Part shown: positions 13,663 through 26,749 of the stretch, in pieces
Layout: every line of letters starts with the position of its first letter
How positions within the stretch are numbered: the stretch's first letter is position 1
NCBI GenBank assembly: GCA_965645245.1
Contig: OZ287071.1
Location: 1,674,001-1,738,000 of the forward strand
DNA from: Massalongia carnosa
Lineage: Eukaryota
Direction: 5' to 3'
Length of the DNA: 64,000 bases
Made by a program: the position numbers and the translations under genes
Notes under the pieces: model-generated
Told to the model about the DNA's origin: nothing
What the model saw: the letters and a program-made list of their open reading frames with translations, nothing else
The model's database searches: none

Positions 13663-13983
13663 TTGTCGAGCCCAGTGAAAGGGTTCTTGTGGATCGGTAG
13701 CAGACAAGAAGTAGTTCGAGCCAATTACATGATAAATTTCGAAATTCTCGCTAGCTGGTTTAGCGTGTTATTTTCGGCAATTAGGTAAGTCTTACCAATA
13801 CGTGATCGATTGATGTACCACAGTACCTTTCTCACTTGACTATTCCATGGCCATTCCATCACTAGATTTCTGTTCCTTTCACGATTAGCGCCTTCCATCG
13901 TCCTTCAACAAACAAAATCTACTCGTCTCGCCCTTATAAGCCTGTGCCGTTCGACCTCCACTATCCGTCCACCCTCAGCCGTT

Positions 13984-14334
13984 ATGGTACATAAAATATT
14001 ATTCTGGAGTGGCTTCGGTGAGCTTCGTAGGGCGACCCAAATTTCCCCCTAGGGTGCTAATATGCGGCTGTATTCTGCAGGTCTCGCAGTCCGTTTCTGG
14101 CAATTGGGAATAGAGATGCGACCTTTCTTCAATAAAGAAGGACTCTGGGCATATCCAGTGTTTGCTGCGGCAGGAGGGGGCTTTGGATATTGGTTGACCG
14201 GTGTAGAAAGCAGACAAATGAAGCTGCTTGCGGAGCGACGGAACAATCTACTTGATAAGAGAAGGCGGAGGGCGGAGCGAGAAGAAGCGTTAAAGTCAGC
14301 AGAGGAGAGCGGTGCTCTGGCAAATTTATCGTAG
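13984..14334 (+). CDS. NADH:ubiquinone oxidoreductase 14-kDa accessory subunit (NDUFC2/B14.5b-like), 2 exons
   Basis: MVHKILFWSGFG, intron 14018-14080, then LAVRFWQLGIEMRPFF..YPVFAAAGGGFGYWL: a recognisable fungal complex I subunit sequence. Confidence 0.85.
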
Positions 14335-14996
14335 GAAGCGAAGCCATTGAAAGACGTTATCAGCCCGCTTGTCCGTGGAAAACCCTATAGCGTCATTCGT
14401 GGCTGAGTTTGGTCCAACGAATTGGAAAGAGCAAGTAAACATGGAAAGGAAGAATCTCCTTCGATAAGTCCATTCCCCATTGAAGCAATGGTGTAGTTAC
14501 GTTTATCTGGGAGGGGTTATGGTTATGTAAAGGTCCGCAGTAACCACTGGATTGGTGGTTAGGATAGCTTTCTCTAGGGTTCTCTATATGTTGGGCATCT
14601 TTTATCCATCATCATCATCATCATCATCAACCCATGTCTACTGTTCGTCCTTGGCCGGTGAACATGTAATTTTCAAGGTTATTACAGAGGTTTAGAAGAT
14701 TGGTGCTCGTAGGAAAGCAATGAATACTCTACACTCTCTACATGCAATCAAAATGATTACTTGCCTATATTGATATGCAGACACAGTAATTAGAGAAGAT
14801 ATGTAAAGGGTTTTACGTAAATAGTTAGTTAGGTAGTTAGACTAAAACCCTGCGCGTATTTTGATATCCATAACGAACTCCATGAAGAGTAACGGACTAC
14901 AATCTCAACCTCACTCTGAGTCCAAAGCTCGATTTCACCATTCACTTCGTTGTATGAAACCTTCTCCTCCTGGTGCAACGAAGCGCAATATTTTCA

Positions 14997-17252
14997 ATGC
15001 AGTTTCGTATATTTTCTAGCATCTGTCTTCGATTTGAATCTCAACGTACTCGTGCCAGCACCGTTTTTTCCTTTCGCTCTGCTAATGTGCAGGGTAACTT
15101 GATATCTCGAAGCGCTCATTTGTCTGCTTCGCCCGTGTCTCTCGGTACGCACGATGTTCATATTCGCCCGAATACAACCAACCACGAAGATGCATGTTTT
15201 GCTGGATTAGATGAACGAGATACCCATAGGGAGGTACAAAACGAGACAAGGGACGGGAGTAGCTTGCTACTACCCCGCCCCTTTGAAGGCTATGATCAGG
15301 TTACAGGGGCTGATAAACCGCCGGTGCTAGAACTGCCTTACAACACTCCACTTCCCCAAGAATCAGGCTTGCCGATAACAGATGAGGCGCAGATTATAGA
15401 GAGATCGTTGGACCAGGCCAAAAAAAGGGTTACTGTAGCTTTACGTTCAAGCAGCACCTATGCATTCATACCCTCGCTGTTGCAGGCAGCTAGGGACCCA
15501 ACTTTTTTGCGCGGAATGCGGAAATCCACAATTAGAGAGATGTATATGTTGCTGGATTTTGAAAGGAGCCTTCAAAAATATAAAGAGGTCTATCAGGATA
15601 TTCATCCACATCAACTCGATCAACTTCAGACCTCGAAACAGCCTTCAGTGACTAGCCTTGTCGGGTTTTATTTTTTCCAATATCAACATATTATTGAGCT
15701 ACTCATTGCTGAAGGCCGAAAGTGGGGGATTGTAGAGTTTAAATGGTTACTTAACGCTGCGCGCGTGGCAAGACATGGGGGACGAGCTTTCAAGATTTGG
15801 AAGGATATGCTGAAATGCAACGTAAAGCCGGATACCGACTGTTATAATCATTACTTTGAAGCCTTGTGCTGGTCCAATGCTCATGATCCGGCAGAGAGAA
15901 GAAATCAAAGAGTCACACCATGGAGGTTGGAACGCCGTCGCTGGCGCTTTCCGGCGGAGTCCGAAAAGGATGTGTTATGGCGTTCTTCTTTAGGATATCG
16001 TACGGGGCCATCAGGTTTAAAGGAGGAAGTCGTAAGCAAATTTACCGAGATGGTAGCGGGGGCGGTCATGGCTGATGCGACGACTTTCGGCCACCTTATG
16101 ACTGCCTATGCTAGGGAAGGAGATATGGAAGGAGTTAAAACAATATTGAAGCGGGTGTGGGATATTGACGTGGATGCTGTTATGGAAACCGAGAACAACG
16201 TCGACACTTTCATTGACATTCCTGCTAAGTCACCACTATACCCCAAGGAGGACTTGCTTTTCACAATCGCCCATATTTTTGGGATAAACAACGATTTAGC
16301 GCAAGGAATGAGACTGGTGGATTATATGTCCTCCAAGTTCTCTCTCAAGATCACGAATCAAACATGGGCGGAGTTATTGAGGTGGGCTTTCGTCCTCTCC
16401 CGCCCCCGTAGGGGAAACAGCAAGTTCGATGGTCAACAGATTGGCCAGCTTCCAAGCACAAGTCTGGAGAGCTTATACAAGACCATGACGGCCCCTCCGT
16501 ACAAAGTCAAGCTTAATATGTCCATGCTTGATCTTGTCGTAAAGTATCGTTACGGCCGCAAGCATCTCGACCAGATGTTAAGTATGATGATCGAAGGTTT
16601 GAAACTCCACAATCGTACACTGATTTCCTACGCCCGGGCGAGCGAGAAACATTTCTCTAGTCTCGCCCAAAAAAATTCCGTTCCATGGGTGACCAAATAC
16701 CTTCACACCCAAAGCCCCTTGTTTCATAGGAAAAACGTGGCGGGTTTACAAGAGTTCCGAGATTTCCTTTTGATCTCTCGATGGTTTTCCAAACTACTCC
16801 GTCAGAGCGACTGGTACAGCGCTAAACAGACAATTGTTATTTGGGAGCGCCAAAAACTTCCTGAAGCCATAAACGCTTTTTGGTACTTTAGACCCAAGGA
16901 TCGCCTCTCCTATAGTATCTCCACGGGGAGGGTGGATATATTCTGTGGATCGAAGGCAGGGTACGATGAGTCTCTTCATGAGTATATGCCAAAGAGAAAT
17001 TTTGTCCATTTCCCAAGCCATGTCTTCAAAACAAACGGCGTTTCAACAAGGAGGGCCCTGCGACGTAGACTGAGTGTTAAAGAACGAGCATTAATGCAGA
17101 TCTCATTTGCATCACTCTTGAGACCATGGAGATATCGTATAAAACAGTTGCCCAGGAAGAAGCAGCTAGTACAATCGGAGGAAGTACGTCGGAGAATGCC
17201 TAGACGCTCTAGCCGGCATGCTCATCTAAGTCAATTCAGAAGGAACGCTTAA
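14997..17252 (+). CDS. AEP2: Mitochondrial ATPase expression protein 2 (ATP13 domain, PPR-like)
   Basis: PPR-like VKPDTDCYNHY and DATTFGHLMTAYAREGD; ATP13-type segment SPLYPKEDLLFTIAHIFGINND..TWAELLRWAFV. The first in-frame ATG is at 14997. Confidence 0.8.
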   Translation: MQFRIFSSICLRFESQRTRASTVFSFRSANVQGNLISRSAHLSASPVSLGTHDVHIRPNTTNHEDACFAGLDERDTHREVQNETRDGSSLLLPRPFEGYDQVTGADKPPVLELPYNTPLPQESGLPITDEAQIIERSLDQAKKRVTVALRSSSTYAFIPSLLQAARDPTFLRGMRKSTIREMYMLLDFERSLQKYKEVYQDIHPHQLDQLQTSKQPSVTSLVGFYFFQYQHIIELLIAEGRKWGIVEFKWLLNAARVARHGGRAFKIWKDMLKCNVKPDTDCYNHYFEALCWSNAHDPAERRNQRVTPWRLERRRWRFPAESEKDVLWRSSLGYRTGPSGLKEEVVSKFTEMVAGAVMADATTFGHLMTAYAREGDMEGVKTILKRVWDIDVDAVMETENNVDTFIDIPAKSPLYPKEDLLFTIAHIFGINNDLAQGMRLVDYMSSKFSLKITNQTWAELLRWAFVLSRPRRGNSKFDGQQIGQLPSTSLESLYKTMTAPPYKVKLNMSMLDLVVKYRYGRKHLDQMLSMMIEGLKLHNRTLISYARASEKHFSSLAQKNSVPWVTKYLHTQSPLFHRKNVAGLQEFRDFLLISRWFSKLLRQSDWYSAKQTIVIWERQKLPEAINAFWYFRPKDRLSYSISTGRVDIFCGSKAGYDESLHEYMPKRNFVHFPSHVFKTNGVSTRRALRRRLSVKERALMQISFASLLRPWRYRIKQLPRKKQLVQSEEVRRRMPRRSSRHAHLSQFRRNA

Positions 17253-18319
17253 CTAGACAGGTACGACTCAGACTCAAGAAAAAAGCAATAATATGGAGAG
17301 ATAATGGAGCGTCCTTCCATCGACAAACGCTCGAACAACCAAGAGGGTCCGAATACTCTGCACTGCGTGTTTTTTTGAATCAATTCAGAAGACAAGCTCT
17401 TTTTGCCAAGAATGGCTCAAGATATGAGAGCATTGGAGAAACAACGATATACGAGGATCTGTATTTACATCTAGCCAAAACTCGAGCACCGGCGCCAGGT
17501 AGGACGAATGCGACGTATTCCTCCTATCAGGCGTGTTCTAGGACGCAGGAGTGACATAGCAGTTAGAACATCAAAAAGAATAGATTTCCTTCGCCCGCTG
17601 TTCCAAGAGCACCTTGAAAGGAGCCAAATCGTGCAACGCATTCTTCTTGGCGGAAATGCCCAAACCCCCACAAGCAAATGAAGAACGAGCTAAACAATCG
17701 GGTGGTTTCGGGCAAGAGAAGGCCATCAAGCCTAAAACATCGCAACAGCCAATGTCCCGATTCCTGGCCGGAACACGCCAGCTCGGTGAAATATCTCCTT
17801 GCCGTACACACAGGTCTCCTCCCGCTGGTATTCGTGTTGCAGCCTCACAGACGCAGACTACCTCGAGAGATGTCCACCGCTGACGTTCTGGTTTGGTCAT
17901 TCACGGAAACGGGACGTGACGCAGCGGAAAAGAAAGGGGAGGGTGCGCTTCAGTTCGTCGATGTATGTATTAGTATTATCCTCTTCGCAGACTGGGGGGG
18001 GGGGGGTTTCGAGAAGGTGCCCTACAAACCTGAAAACTGTGGTTTGGATTGGGGGTGGACCGTACCGTACGTAACCGGGTATGGGTTTACCTTGTACAGT
18101 GAGCGCGGCGTTATAGGTAGACCTCATATGTTTACATTCATTACCAAACACTTACTTCATTCGCTGAAACCCCCTAAAAGTACGCAACCCAGAATCTGTT
18201 AAACCTAGCAACAGGCCCTTTCCCCCTCATTCCACCATCTCTAAACCCCCCCAAAGCAACCTCGCCCCTTTTTCCCCCTTTTCCATCCCCTTCCCCAGAA
18301 GCAAAAGACCGAAAGCCCT

Positions 18320-19508
18320 TCAATATGTAGCACTCAACCGCTCCACCAGGTAGTCCCCGCTATTCACCCCCTCCCATTTCTTATCGCCCATCTCTCCTCC
18401 AAACGTCCCCGGCAGCGCCTCGATCCACCGGTCGAAATCCGGATTGCCGAAATAAGCCACCGAGTACCGCGGCGGAAGGAGCTCATCATCATCGTTATCC
18501 TCTTCCTCCTCCTGACGCCCCTCCACACTCTCCCCCTTCCCTTTCTCCTGACCTCTAGAACCCCCCCTGGGCGGCTCCACAACCCGATGCATGGTACTCT
18601 TCACGAGTCCGTTACTCCACCTCGCCAATAAATCCCCACTATTCACCACCACCGCGCCCTCGACAGGCTTGACACCGACCCACCCGCCGTCCGGCCGCTC
18701 AACCTGCAGCCCTCCCGCCGCGTCCTGGAACAGCAACGTCACGCTGCCGAAATCGCTATGGGCCCCCGCGCGCACGCGGCCGTGGCGGAAGTGCCCCCGC
18801 CGCACCCCCGGATAGTGCAGCAGCCGCAGCGTGTTGTCGCTGCGGCGCAGGTAGGGCTCGAAGAAGGTGTCGCTGAGCCCGAGCCCGATCGCGACGCCTT
18901 TCATCACTGCGCGGTGCAGTTCCTGGCAGCGAGCGAAGAATTCAATCATCGTAGTTCGGAACTCGGAGTCGAAGGCTTTCCCCTCCGCCTCCGGTCCTCC
19001 ATCACCCTGGCTGAAGTCGGGCCAATGGTTGTCTCCCCCCTCCTCATCCCCTTCGCGCCCGATTTCGAAACTCTCCTTTACGTCTTCGCCCTCCCCCTCG
19101 CGATCGGCAGCAACAGCTTCCTTAGTGGTGCCATTGCTGACTTTTTCGCGTCCAAGCCGCACGTAGCCGCGGTTAGACTGGGGCGTTTTCCATGCCAGGC
19201 TGTCTTTCTCGGCCTGGGGGAGGGCGAAGAAGGCGGCAGAGAGGGCGAAGACGCGGGGGAGGAGGGACGAGGGGAGGGGCGGCTGAGTGAGGTAGAGGAA
19301 GCCGGAGGTGCGGAGAGCCGAGAGGATCGCATGGGCCGTGGGGAGTGTTTCGGGGACGGGGGTAGGGTGGAGGAGAGGGGTGATGGGAATTAGCTGGAGG
19401 TGGGGTTAGTATTTGGTGGAGGGTTGTGAGGGGAGGGGTGAGGGGGAGGCTTACTGGGATGGAGGCAGCCGGGGCTTTCGGAAAGGGGGATGTTATGGAT
19501 GGAGACAT
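18320..19508 (-). CDS. Thymine-7-hydroxylase / thymine dioxygenase (2OG-Fe(II) oxygenase), about 375 aa, intron 19394-19454
   Basis: HSD..H..RYS iron/2OG motifs. The motifs WKTPQSNRGY..GREKVS, DVKESFEIGRE, DNTLRLLHYP, LARWSN..KSTMHRVVEPP and GVNSGDYLVERLSATY match the Neurospora T7H sequence as I recall it. Confidence 0.85.
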
Positions 19509-19716
19509 TGTGACGGAGCTGAGATACCTTTCCACCAGCGAGGACACAGCGTCAACAGACTCTTGACCGATTATCGGGATTGAATGAATGATTGGTCAAT
19601 GAATTGAGGGGATTCCGTTTAACTGACTAACTTAATCAGATAGAGAGCTGATTTATCTTATCTTATCTTATCTACCTTCTCTTGACTGCAGTCGTTCAGC
19701 GTCCATGTACGAAGTA

Positions 19717-19805
19717 ATCGTCGGCTCGCTTAGTGGGATCCGACTCGGAGGCCGTTAGGACTCCTAACGGCCTCCGAGTCGGATCCCACTAAGCGAGCCG
19801 ACGAT
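19717..19805. mobile_element. 89-bp palindromic MITE derived from the pogo/Fot1 element at 27479-30059
   Basis: Perfect 44-bp inverted arms with a 1-nt loop, TA on both sides (19715-16, 19806-07). The terminal 39 bp (ATCGTCGGCTCGCTTAGTGGGATCCGACTCGGAGGCCGT) are identical to the TIR ends of the large element. Confidence 0.95.
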
Positions 19806-20234
19806 TAAATGTTTATACGGACTCTGAGTCTCCCACCAGACCCTGGTCGCTCATTCTCTGTCGCTTTCAGCCTGGGCCCTATGAGTAAAGCACTCAAAAC
19901 GTGAGGCGTAAATTTCAACTTCCTCTTCCACTCAGTCCCACGCCATTCTTTACCAGTGCCTATTGCTTGACCCTTGAGACTTGAGGAGAAAGGCCTCTTT
20001 ATGTCAAACTCTCTTCACTGTTAGCAGTTTGTAGATTAAAAACACCCCACGCGGTCGGCGAGTTCAACAGGGCTCCGCCTCAGTACTGACTGGTCAGCTC
20101 ATTGCGTATGTTCAGTGGTGGAATTTTTACTTACCTTCAGTTCTTACCGTGGCTCTGAAACTCTGCCTGGCGTTCTTCACATTTCTCGAGTTTCACGTGA
20201 AGTTGGAGGAACTTCCTTGTGAAAGTCTGTGGCG

Positions 20235-23200
20235 ATGGCATATAACCGCCTAGGTACATTCCCCATCGATTCAACCCCTTGATTTGAACCCCCGCATGGT
20301 GCATATGGATGGCCATATCAGAAGACCCTATCAGAAGACCCTTATCCAGGACCACCCCGCTAACAATATCTCCTGAATAAAGGTAGTCCTAGTGTTCATC
20401 CAGACGAAGAAGATTACCACTCCATCCTACCTCCAATGAATCCTCCACGTAACGGGGGTTCCCCAGCCCACCCACTCGCCGGATACCAGTTGGAAGATGG
20501 GCCTTACAGACCGCAACAAGGCCCATTACAGATTCCAATGGGTCCGGCTGGAGCAGGCGATCGACTAGCAGCGCAACCTACATATTCTGTCGAAAACATA
20601 GACAGTTCCCACCATCATAATCAAGAGTATGAGGCCCATCATCCGGCGGTGGGACCGGACTACAATTATCGGGATCGTGATTATACGCTGTCTCCGGAAG
20701 AACACCACGATGCGTATTACACACAACCTTATGACCCAACTCCCCAAGATGAACATAGTTTAAGCGAATACCCTTCGCATGAACAGCAAGAATACTTTGA
20801 TGAGAATGATGAACAACCAATTCTTCAGCCCCACAACGCTTTTGGCCCCAACCCTCGATTGCAGCCAGATATTGAAGACCGGTACGATGGGCCACGACCA
20901 GAAATAACTCCGAGCCCTGCGCCGATAAGGCGTTGGAAAACTGTCAAAGAAGTTCAGCTGTTCAATGGAAACCTCGTGCTTGATTGCCCAATACCTCCCA
21001 AACTGTTAAACCAGGTTCCTCATGCAGAGCCACCGGAGCGTGACGAGTTTACTCATATGCGTTATTCCGCCGCAACCTGCGATCCTTCGGAGTTTTACGA
21101 CCAGCGCTTTACGCTTCGGCAGCGCCTATTCGCGAAGCCACGACATACGGAGCTTTTCATCGTGGTTACGATGTACAATGAAGATGATTTTCTCTTTGCG
21201 AGAACAATGGGTGGTGTCTTTAAGAACGTAGAGCACATGTGCTCTAGGACCAGTAGTAAGACTTGGGGTAAAGAAGCTTGGAAAAAAATTGTTGTCTGTA
21301 TTGTTAGCGATGGACGTGCCAAGATAAATCCACGGACAAGGGCGGTATTGGCTGGTCTGGGGGTTTACCAAGACGGTATTGCCAAACAACAGATGAGCGG
21401 AAAAGATGTGACTGCACATATTTACGAATATACGACACAGGTGGGGTTGGAGATCAAGGGAAAGGTTGTGAGTTTGAAAAAGGGAGCGACCCCGGTACAG
21501 TTGATCTTTTGTCTCAAGGAAAAGAACCAGAAGAAAATCAACTCCCACCGATGGTTTTTCCAAGCCTTTGGACGAGTCTTGGACCCTAACATTTGCGTAC
21601 TCCTTGACGCAGGGACGAAACCTAGAAAAGACTCTATTTACCATTTGTGGAAGGCATTTGATCTTGAACCCATGTGTGCCGGTGCATGTGGAGAAATCAA
21701 AGTCATGACGAGCGGTGGCAAAAAGCTCCTTAATCCCTTGGTCGCTACGCAAAATTTTGAGTACAAGATGAGCAACATTCTCGATAAACCGCTGGAGTCT
21801 GCGTTCGGTTTCATCACCGTACTGCCCGGAGCATTCTCCGCTTATCGTTTATTGCATTGCAAAATGACAAGAGTGGCAACGGACCCCTGGAAAAATACTT
21901 TGCCGGAGAGAAGATGCATGGTGCCAATGCAGGCATTTTCACAGCTAATATGTATTTGGCGGAAGATCGAATCCTATGCTTCGAGCTTGTGTCGAAAAGC
22001 AACTGTCGATGGGTTCTGCAATACGTCAAATCCTCCACAGGTGAAACGGACGTGCCAGATACTATGGCGGAGTTCATCATGCAGCGAAGACGATGGTTAA
22101 ACGGTAGTTTCTTCGCCGCTGTCTATGCTCTGGCTCATTTCTATCAAATTAATCGAACGGATCATAGTTTCCTGAGGAAGTTGATGTTCATGGTGGAGTT
22201 TGTATATCAAACCATTAACATGCTCTTCGCTTGGTTTGCCATTGTAAGTGTATGTAGCTTATTATATTCAAGGAAACTTATACGGCGTAGGGAAATTTCT
22301 TCCTGGTCTTCCGCATTCTCACCACTTCGCTGGGTGCCGACAATCTTCTAGGGACGGCAGGAAGGGCTCTAGGGGTTATCTTTGAGCGGCTTTACCTGGC
22401 CACATTACTGACATGCTTCGTCCTAGCCATGGGGAATCGACCTCAGGGGTCTAACAATTTCTACATGACAATGGTTTACTTCTGGGTCGGCATCATGGTG
22501 TACTTGATCTTTGCATCCATCTTCATCACTGTGAAGTCGATACAGATAGAAACGGCGGACCATCATTTCGCCATCTCGGATCTGTTTCATAACCAGCTTT
22601 TTTTCACCCTGATCGTATCTCTTACATCGACTTATGTCCTATGGTTTGTCGTCTCGTTTTTGTTTTTCGATCCATGGCATTTGTTTACCTCCGTAAGTCC
22701 TATATCTCCCAACATCATCGGTCAGAAGCCAACCTTAATGTTTCATGGCAGTTTATTCAATACCTTCTTCTCACACCAACATACATCAACATCCTCAATG
22801 TCTACGCATTCTGTAACACCCACGATATCACCTGGGGTACTAGAGGCGATGACAAAGCCCCCAAACTCGAAAGCGCCAACCTTAAGCCCGGTGGCAAAGT
22901 TGACATCCAGCTACCTACCGATGACGGCGACCTTAACGCGCAGTACGAAACGGAAATGCGCATGATTGCGGAGAAGGCGCCCAAGGAGGTCAAAGTCATC
23001 ACGCCAGCCGAGAAGCAAGAAGACTACTATAAGGGCTTCCGTAGCGCCGTCGTGCTGGCATGGATGTTTATGAATTTCGCTCTGGCAGCCGTGGTGCTGA
23101 GTACCGCTGGCTTGGAGCGCGTCGAGATAGGGAAGAATAGCGATACGCAGAGAAGTACGATTTACATGGCAGTCGTACTGTGGAGCGTGGCCGCGTTGTC

Positions 23201-23356
23201 GGCGTTTCGGTTTTGTGGTGCGACCTGGTTTTTGGTGGTGCGGATGGTAAGTCGTTACTTTTCATCTTCAGCGTTGTAGCCCCAGTCTTCTTGCTTTTCA
23301 GAATCTGTTCATTCGCTAACCAGCTTTGGGTGGCACTATAGTTCCGTGGCGTCTAG
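20235..23356 (+). CDS. Chitin synthase, class I (A. nidulans ChsC type), multi-exon; apparent 1-nt frameshift near 21850
   Basis: Exon 1 MAYNRL (20235-20253); [70 protein letters not shown]; last exon FRGV*. Confidence 0.95.
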
Positions 23357-26010
23357 CGTACCCAGCTTTTGGATTTGGCGTAAATGGATTCTGGGCATCT
23401 GGCGAATCCCTAAGAAAAGGTGTTTATCTATCAGACTGTCTGTCTGTCGCATGTTAAATATGTTGGCCAACCATACATACCCCTTTCCTCTTCCTCCTGT
23501 AGACATGATGGGGCGTCGTGGCGATCTACACGGATCATCTCTTGTTTTTTTATTGTCTGGGCCTTTAACGTTGGGTATGGAAACAAATGCTGTCTCTTTC
23601 CCAACCCATCGGGAAACACTTATTCACAGTTAGCATATGTAGAGGAATCCTACGTATCTGTCGTGTTGCCTCGATCAGTTAGGCAACACCTACCTATATG
23701 AAAGAGATGTTTTTGAGCGATTGAGATGCTTTAAAGTTAGGAGAATCGCAAGGGCTATGACGGAGTAAGATGTTCAGGAATGGAGGGGGTTGGTGAAGAC
23801 GGGATGGGCATGAGATGCAAGTGGTTAAAAATGGTAAATAAAGGAAGGAAATGCAGCAAGGAATCTATGCAGAAACCTTGACTTCATATCTCTTGAGCTC
23901 ATTCACTCGAACGCACAAACGGACTGATTGGGAGATCTGAAAAGAAATACACTGGGAGATATTTGCGAGAGTCGAAAGGCATACCATCTGATTAGTAGCA
24001 AACGGAGTTTAATCACTCTTCCGGACCACTTACTCATCAAGGCTTGGGCCTCATCCAATAGCTGTCTAAGTAGCATGTTCGTTCAAAAAATTAACTTGTA
24101 CGTCAAGGAATAAATTGTCGACTAGCCAATGATTCGAAACATTTCCAGTATAGAGAAATGAATCATAAAGTCTAACCACGAAATCAATGGTTTAACAGTG
24201 AACTTGAGGCAGACCGTGCCAGTCAAGTTTCTCAACAACAACCGCATAGGCAAAGAACGGAGACGCACATCTCTCTCTTTGCGGGCCGTCTTTTCGAAAA
24301 TGCTGGTCGGAATACAGAGTATATGTATCGGAACAAGCTGGCGTTGTCATCAAACAATGACATTTCCGAAGGCTACTATAGGATCTATCAAAGTCTCTTT
24401 AAACAGTTTGTAACTTTCCAGGCTTCATAGATAAGATTAGTAGTCAATACATCGACCTGTTTCCCTTGTATTCATACCTTCAACGTTGCGTTTTGCCCTG
24501 TTCGACACTTCTAGCCTTTCTCGTCTTTTGCTTAGTATAGCAGTGTTTCAGCATTTGCGTAAGTGTACGGATTGTTTCTCATAGACGGGCCTTATCGTCG
24601 TAACCCAATCTGATCGAAGACCCTAAACCGTGTCAAATGAGAGGAAATTACTTTTATGCTGCTGGAGCAGAACACTGCTTTGGTAATTCATACTAGGTAC
24701 CTTGTTTTTGATGCTCGAAATTTGACCTCTCTAGGAAACCAACATCCATTGGACTGCGGGAAAAGATACGAAACTGCATTGATAGAGAGATATTAAAAGA
24801 CTGTATGTGAGGGTGGCAAACTGACGGTAGGTAATGCTGCAATAACATATCAAGATCCGAGAACCTAGCGATAGAGAATGGAGAGGCGCAACATCAACTT
24901 CTTGCATACTGCTGTCTGCTGCTGGTTGCACGGCATGCTTGTGAATCCTATAGGTTAGTAATCTCGCCAAAGATGTCTTGTCCTCGTCACTTGTCAAGAA
25001 GTGGCTGGGCTTACATTTGGGCACGTTGGAGTGGGACGAAAGGCTGATGGTTAGCAAAGGGTGATAATCTGGGGCTCAAGGGTACAGGCTGATTCTCATC
25101 ATGTACTCTGCGCAACATATTCCAAGGCTTATGTGCAGCTTTGTTATATTGCTACAAAACCTAACGAATACTTCGTACAAAATACTTATGTGGCGATACC
25201 TAGCCGTTAAGTCTCAGGCTTAGGAGCAGCCAGGCCGCCATTAAATAGCTAGATCAGACAATAATGATAGTCAACGATCTCCCTTCCCCACATGCATTGT
25301 GTTGGAGCATGGGCAGATGCAAGAAATCAGGACTATTCATCGCATGAAGAAATGGGTGAAGGCTCGGAGTAAATACCTCGTACAGAGCAGAGAAAGAACG
25401 CTTGAAGCCCGGAGAATCACGTAATGAGGCAAAGCGACTAACGCGTTTCAATCTATATCCGTCGCCGCGCAACTACCCACACCAACAATCATCTCACTGA
25501 ACGTTCAGAGCAATTGCTATCAGACCATGCGGACATAAGGCTGGGCTGTGCTGTGCATTGCGGCAGTGTGAGGAGGCTGCCCTTTAACTTTTAAAATCCT
25601 AAAGCGAATGATTGGTATGCTTACGCAGCTCCTCCAAGGGATTTTGCGGACGGTTGTTACCATTGCTACTCACACTGTCCTGACGAATAGGTGTCTCGTT
25701 TTCCTTGTTGTTACGGATATGCGAACAAGCAAATCATCTAGTGCTATTCTTGTTGCTTGGCCGCTGTGGTGAAGTCAGCGTGGCAGGATGGGCTGGGATT
25801 TGGAGATAGGGTATCATTTGCTTCGCTGTATAAAGGCGTCGTTTCTATCCTCCTTCTTTCGAACCCTTCAGTCAATCCGTTCATGCACATTTTCCACCAG
25901 CCAACCTTCCTCTTCTCTACATAATCTTCCAGACCCAGAAACTCCTTTCTTAAGACTCTCCCATTTATATCAAGTAATCATCACTCAATAAAAATCCAAC
26001 ATCACCCACC

Positions 26011-26531
26011 ATGCATACCAAAAGCTTCCTCTGTGCCGCGCTGGTCTCGACAATCTCCCTCGTCGCCGCCAGTTCCACCACCACCACCACCACCAGCGCC
26101 CCCACCTCAGATCAGGTAAGACCCCTCCCCCCTCCCCCCAAACCATCCTACCCTTCCGTATTGGTCTACCCCACTGACCCTCCCTCCCCCTTTAGACCAA
26201 AAAGGCCATCAGCGAACTCAACTCGTTCTACTCTAAAGTCGCCACCGAGTCCAAATTCTCTTCGTACGGCGCCATCCTCTCCAGCGCCATTTCGTCCGGT
26301 GTCGTCCTGAACCCTGTCGACGGGAGCAAAATCGCCCAAGCCAGCCTTACCGCGCTCCCAGGCTTCACCGCGCTGCCCAGCGATGCCCAGAGCTACTACT
26401 CCAGCATCTACAAGGCCGAGCAGAGCATCATCAGCAAGGACTTGAGCGGGGCCGCGCCTAAGCCCACGGGGGTCATGGTCGCGGCGGGCGCGGCGGCGGC
26501 GGGCATTTTGGGAGTCGCGGCTATGCTATGA
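26011..26531 (+). CDS. Small secreted, probably GPI-anchored Ser/Thr/Ala-rich cell-wall protein (2 exons)
   Basis: Signal peptide MHTKSFLCAALVSTISLVAA; intron about 26116-26195; C-terminus SGAAPKPTGVMVAAGAAAAGILGVAAML looks like a GPI signal; TATAAA upstream at about 25829. Confidence 0.8.
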
Positions 26532-26749
26532 GATTGATGCGCTGGATAACGGGGGGGGGTTGAAGGTAGGAGGTAAATAGCGATGAGCGTGGATGATTAT
26601 TTCTCTGCATTGCGTGACAGAGCCGGCGTTTTAATGTCACTCGTTGAATTAAGATCATTTTTCCTAGTTGATGTGCTATTATTATGGTAGCATGTGTGGA
26701 ATTCACTTCCTGTTTCTTATCGCATGCTATCTTTTTTTCTTGATAGCTC

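Noticed and set aside
17300..18202. Cluster of overlapping short ORFs between AEP2 and T7H
   Set aside because: No recognisable motifs or consistent splice model; likely UTR or intergenic sequence.
23900..25100. Possible decayed minus-strand gene with intron-like signals
   Set aside because: The frames are short and closed, and no peptide is recognisable.
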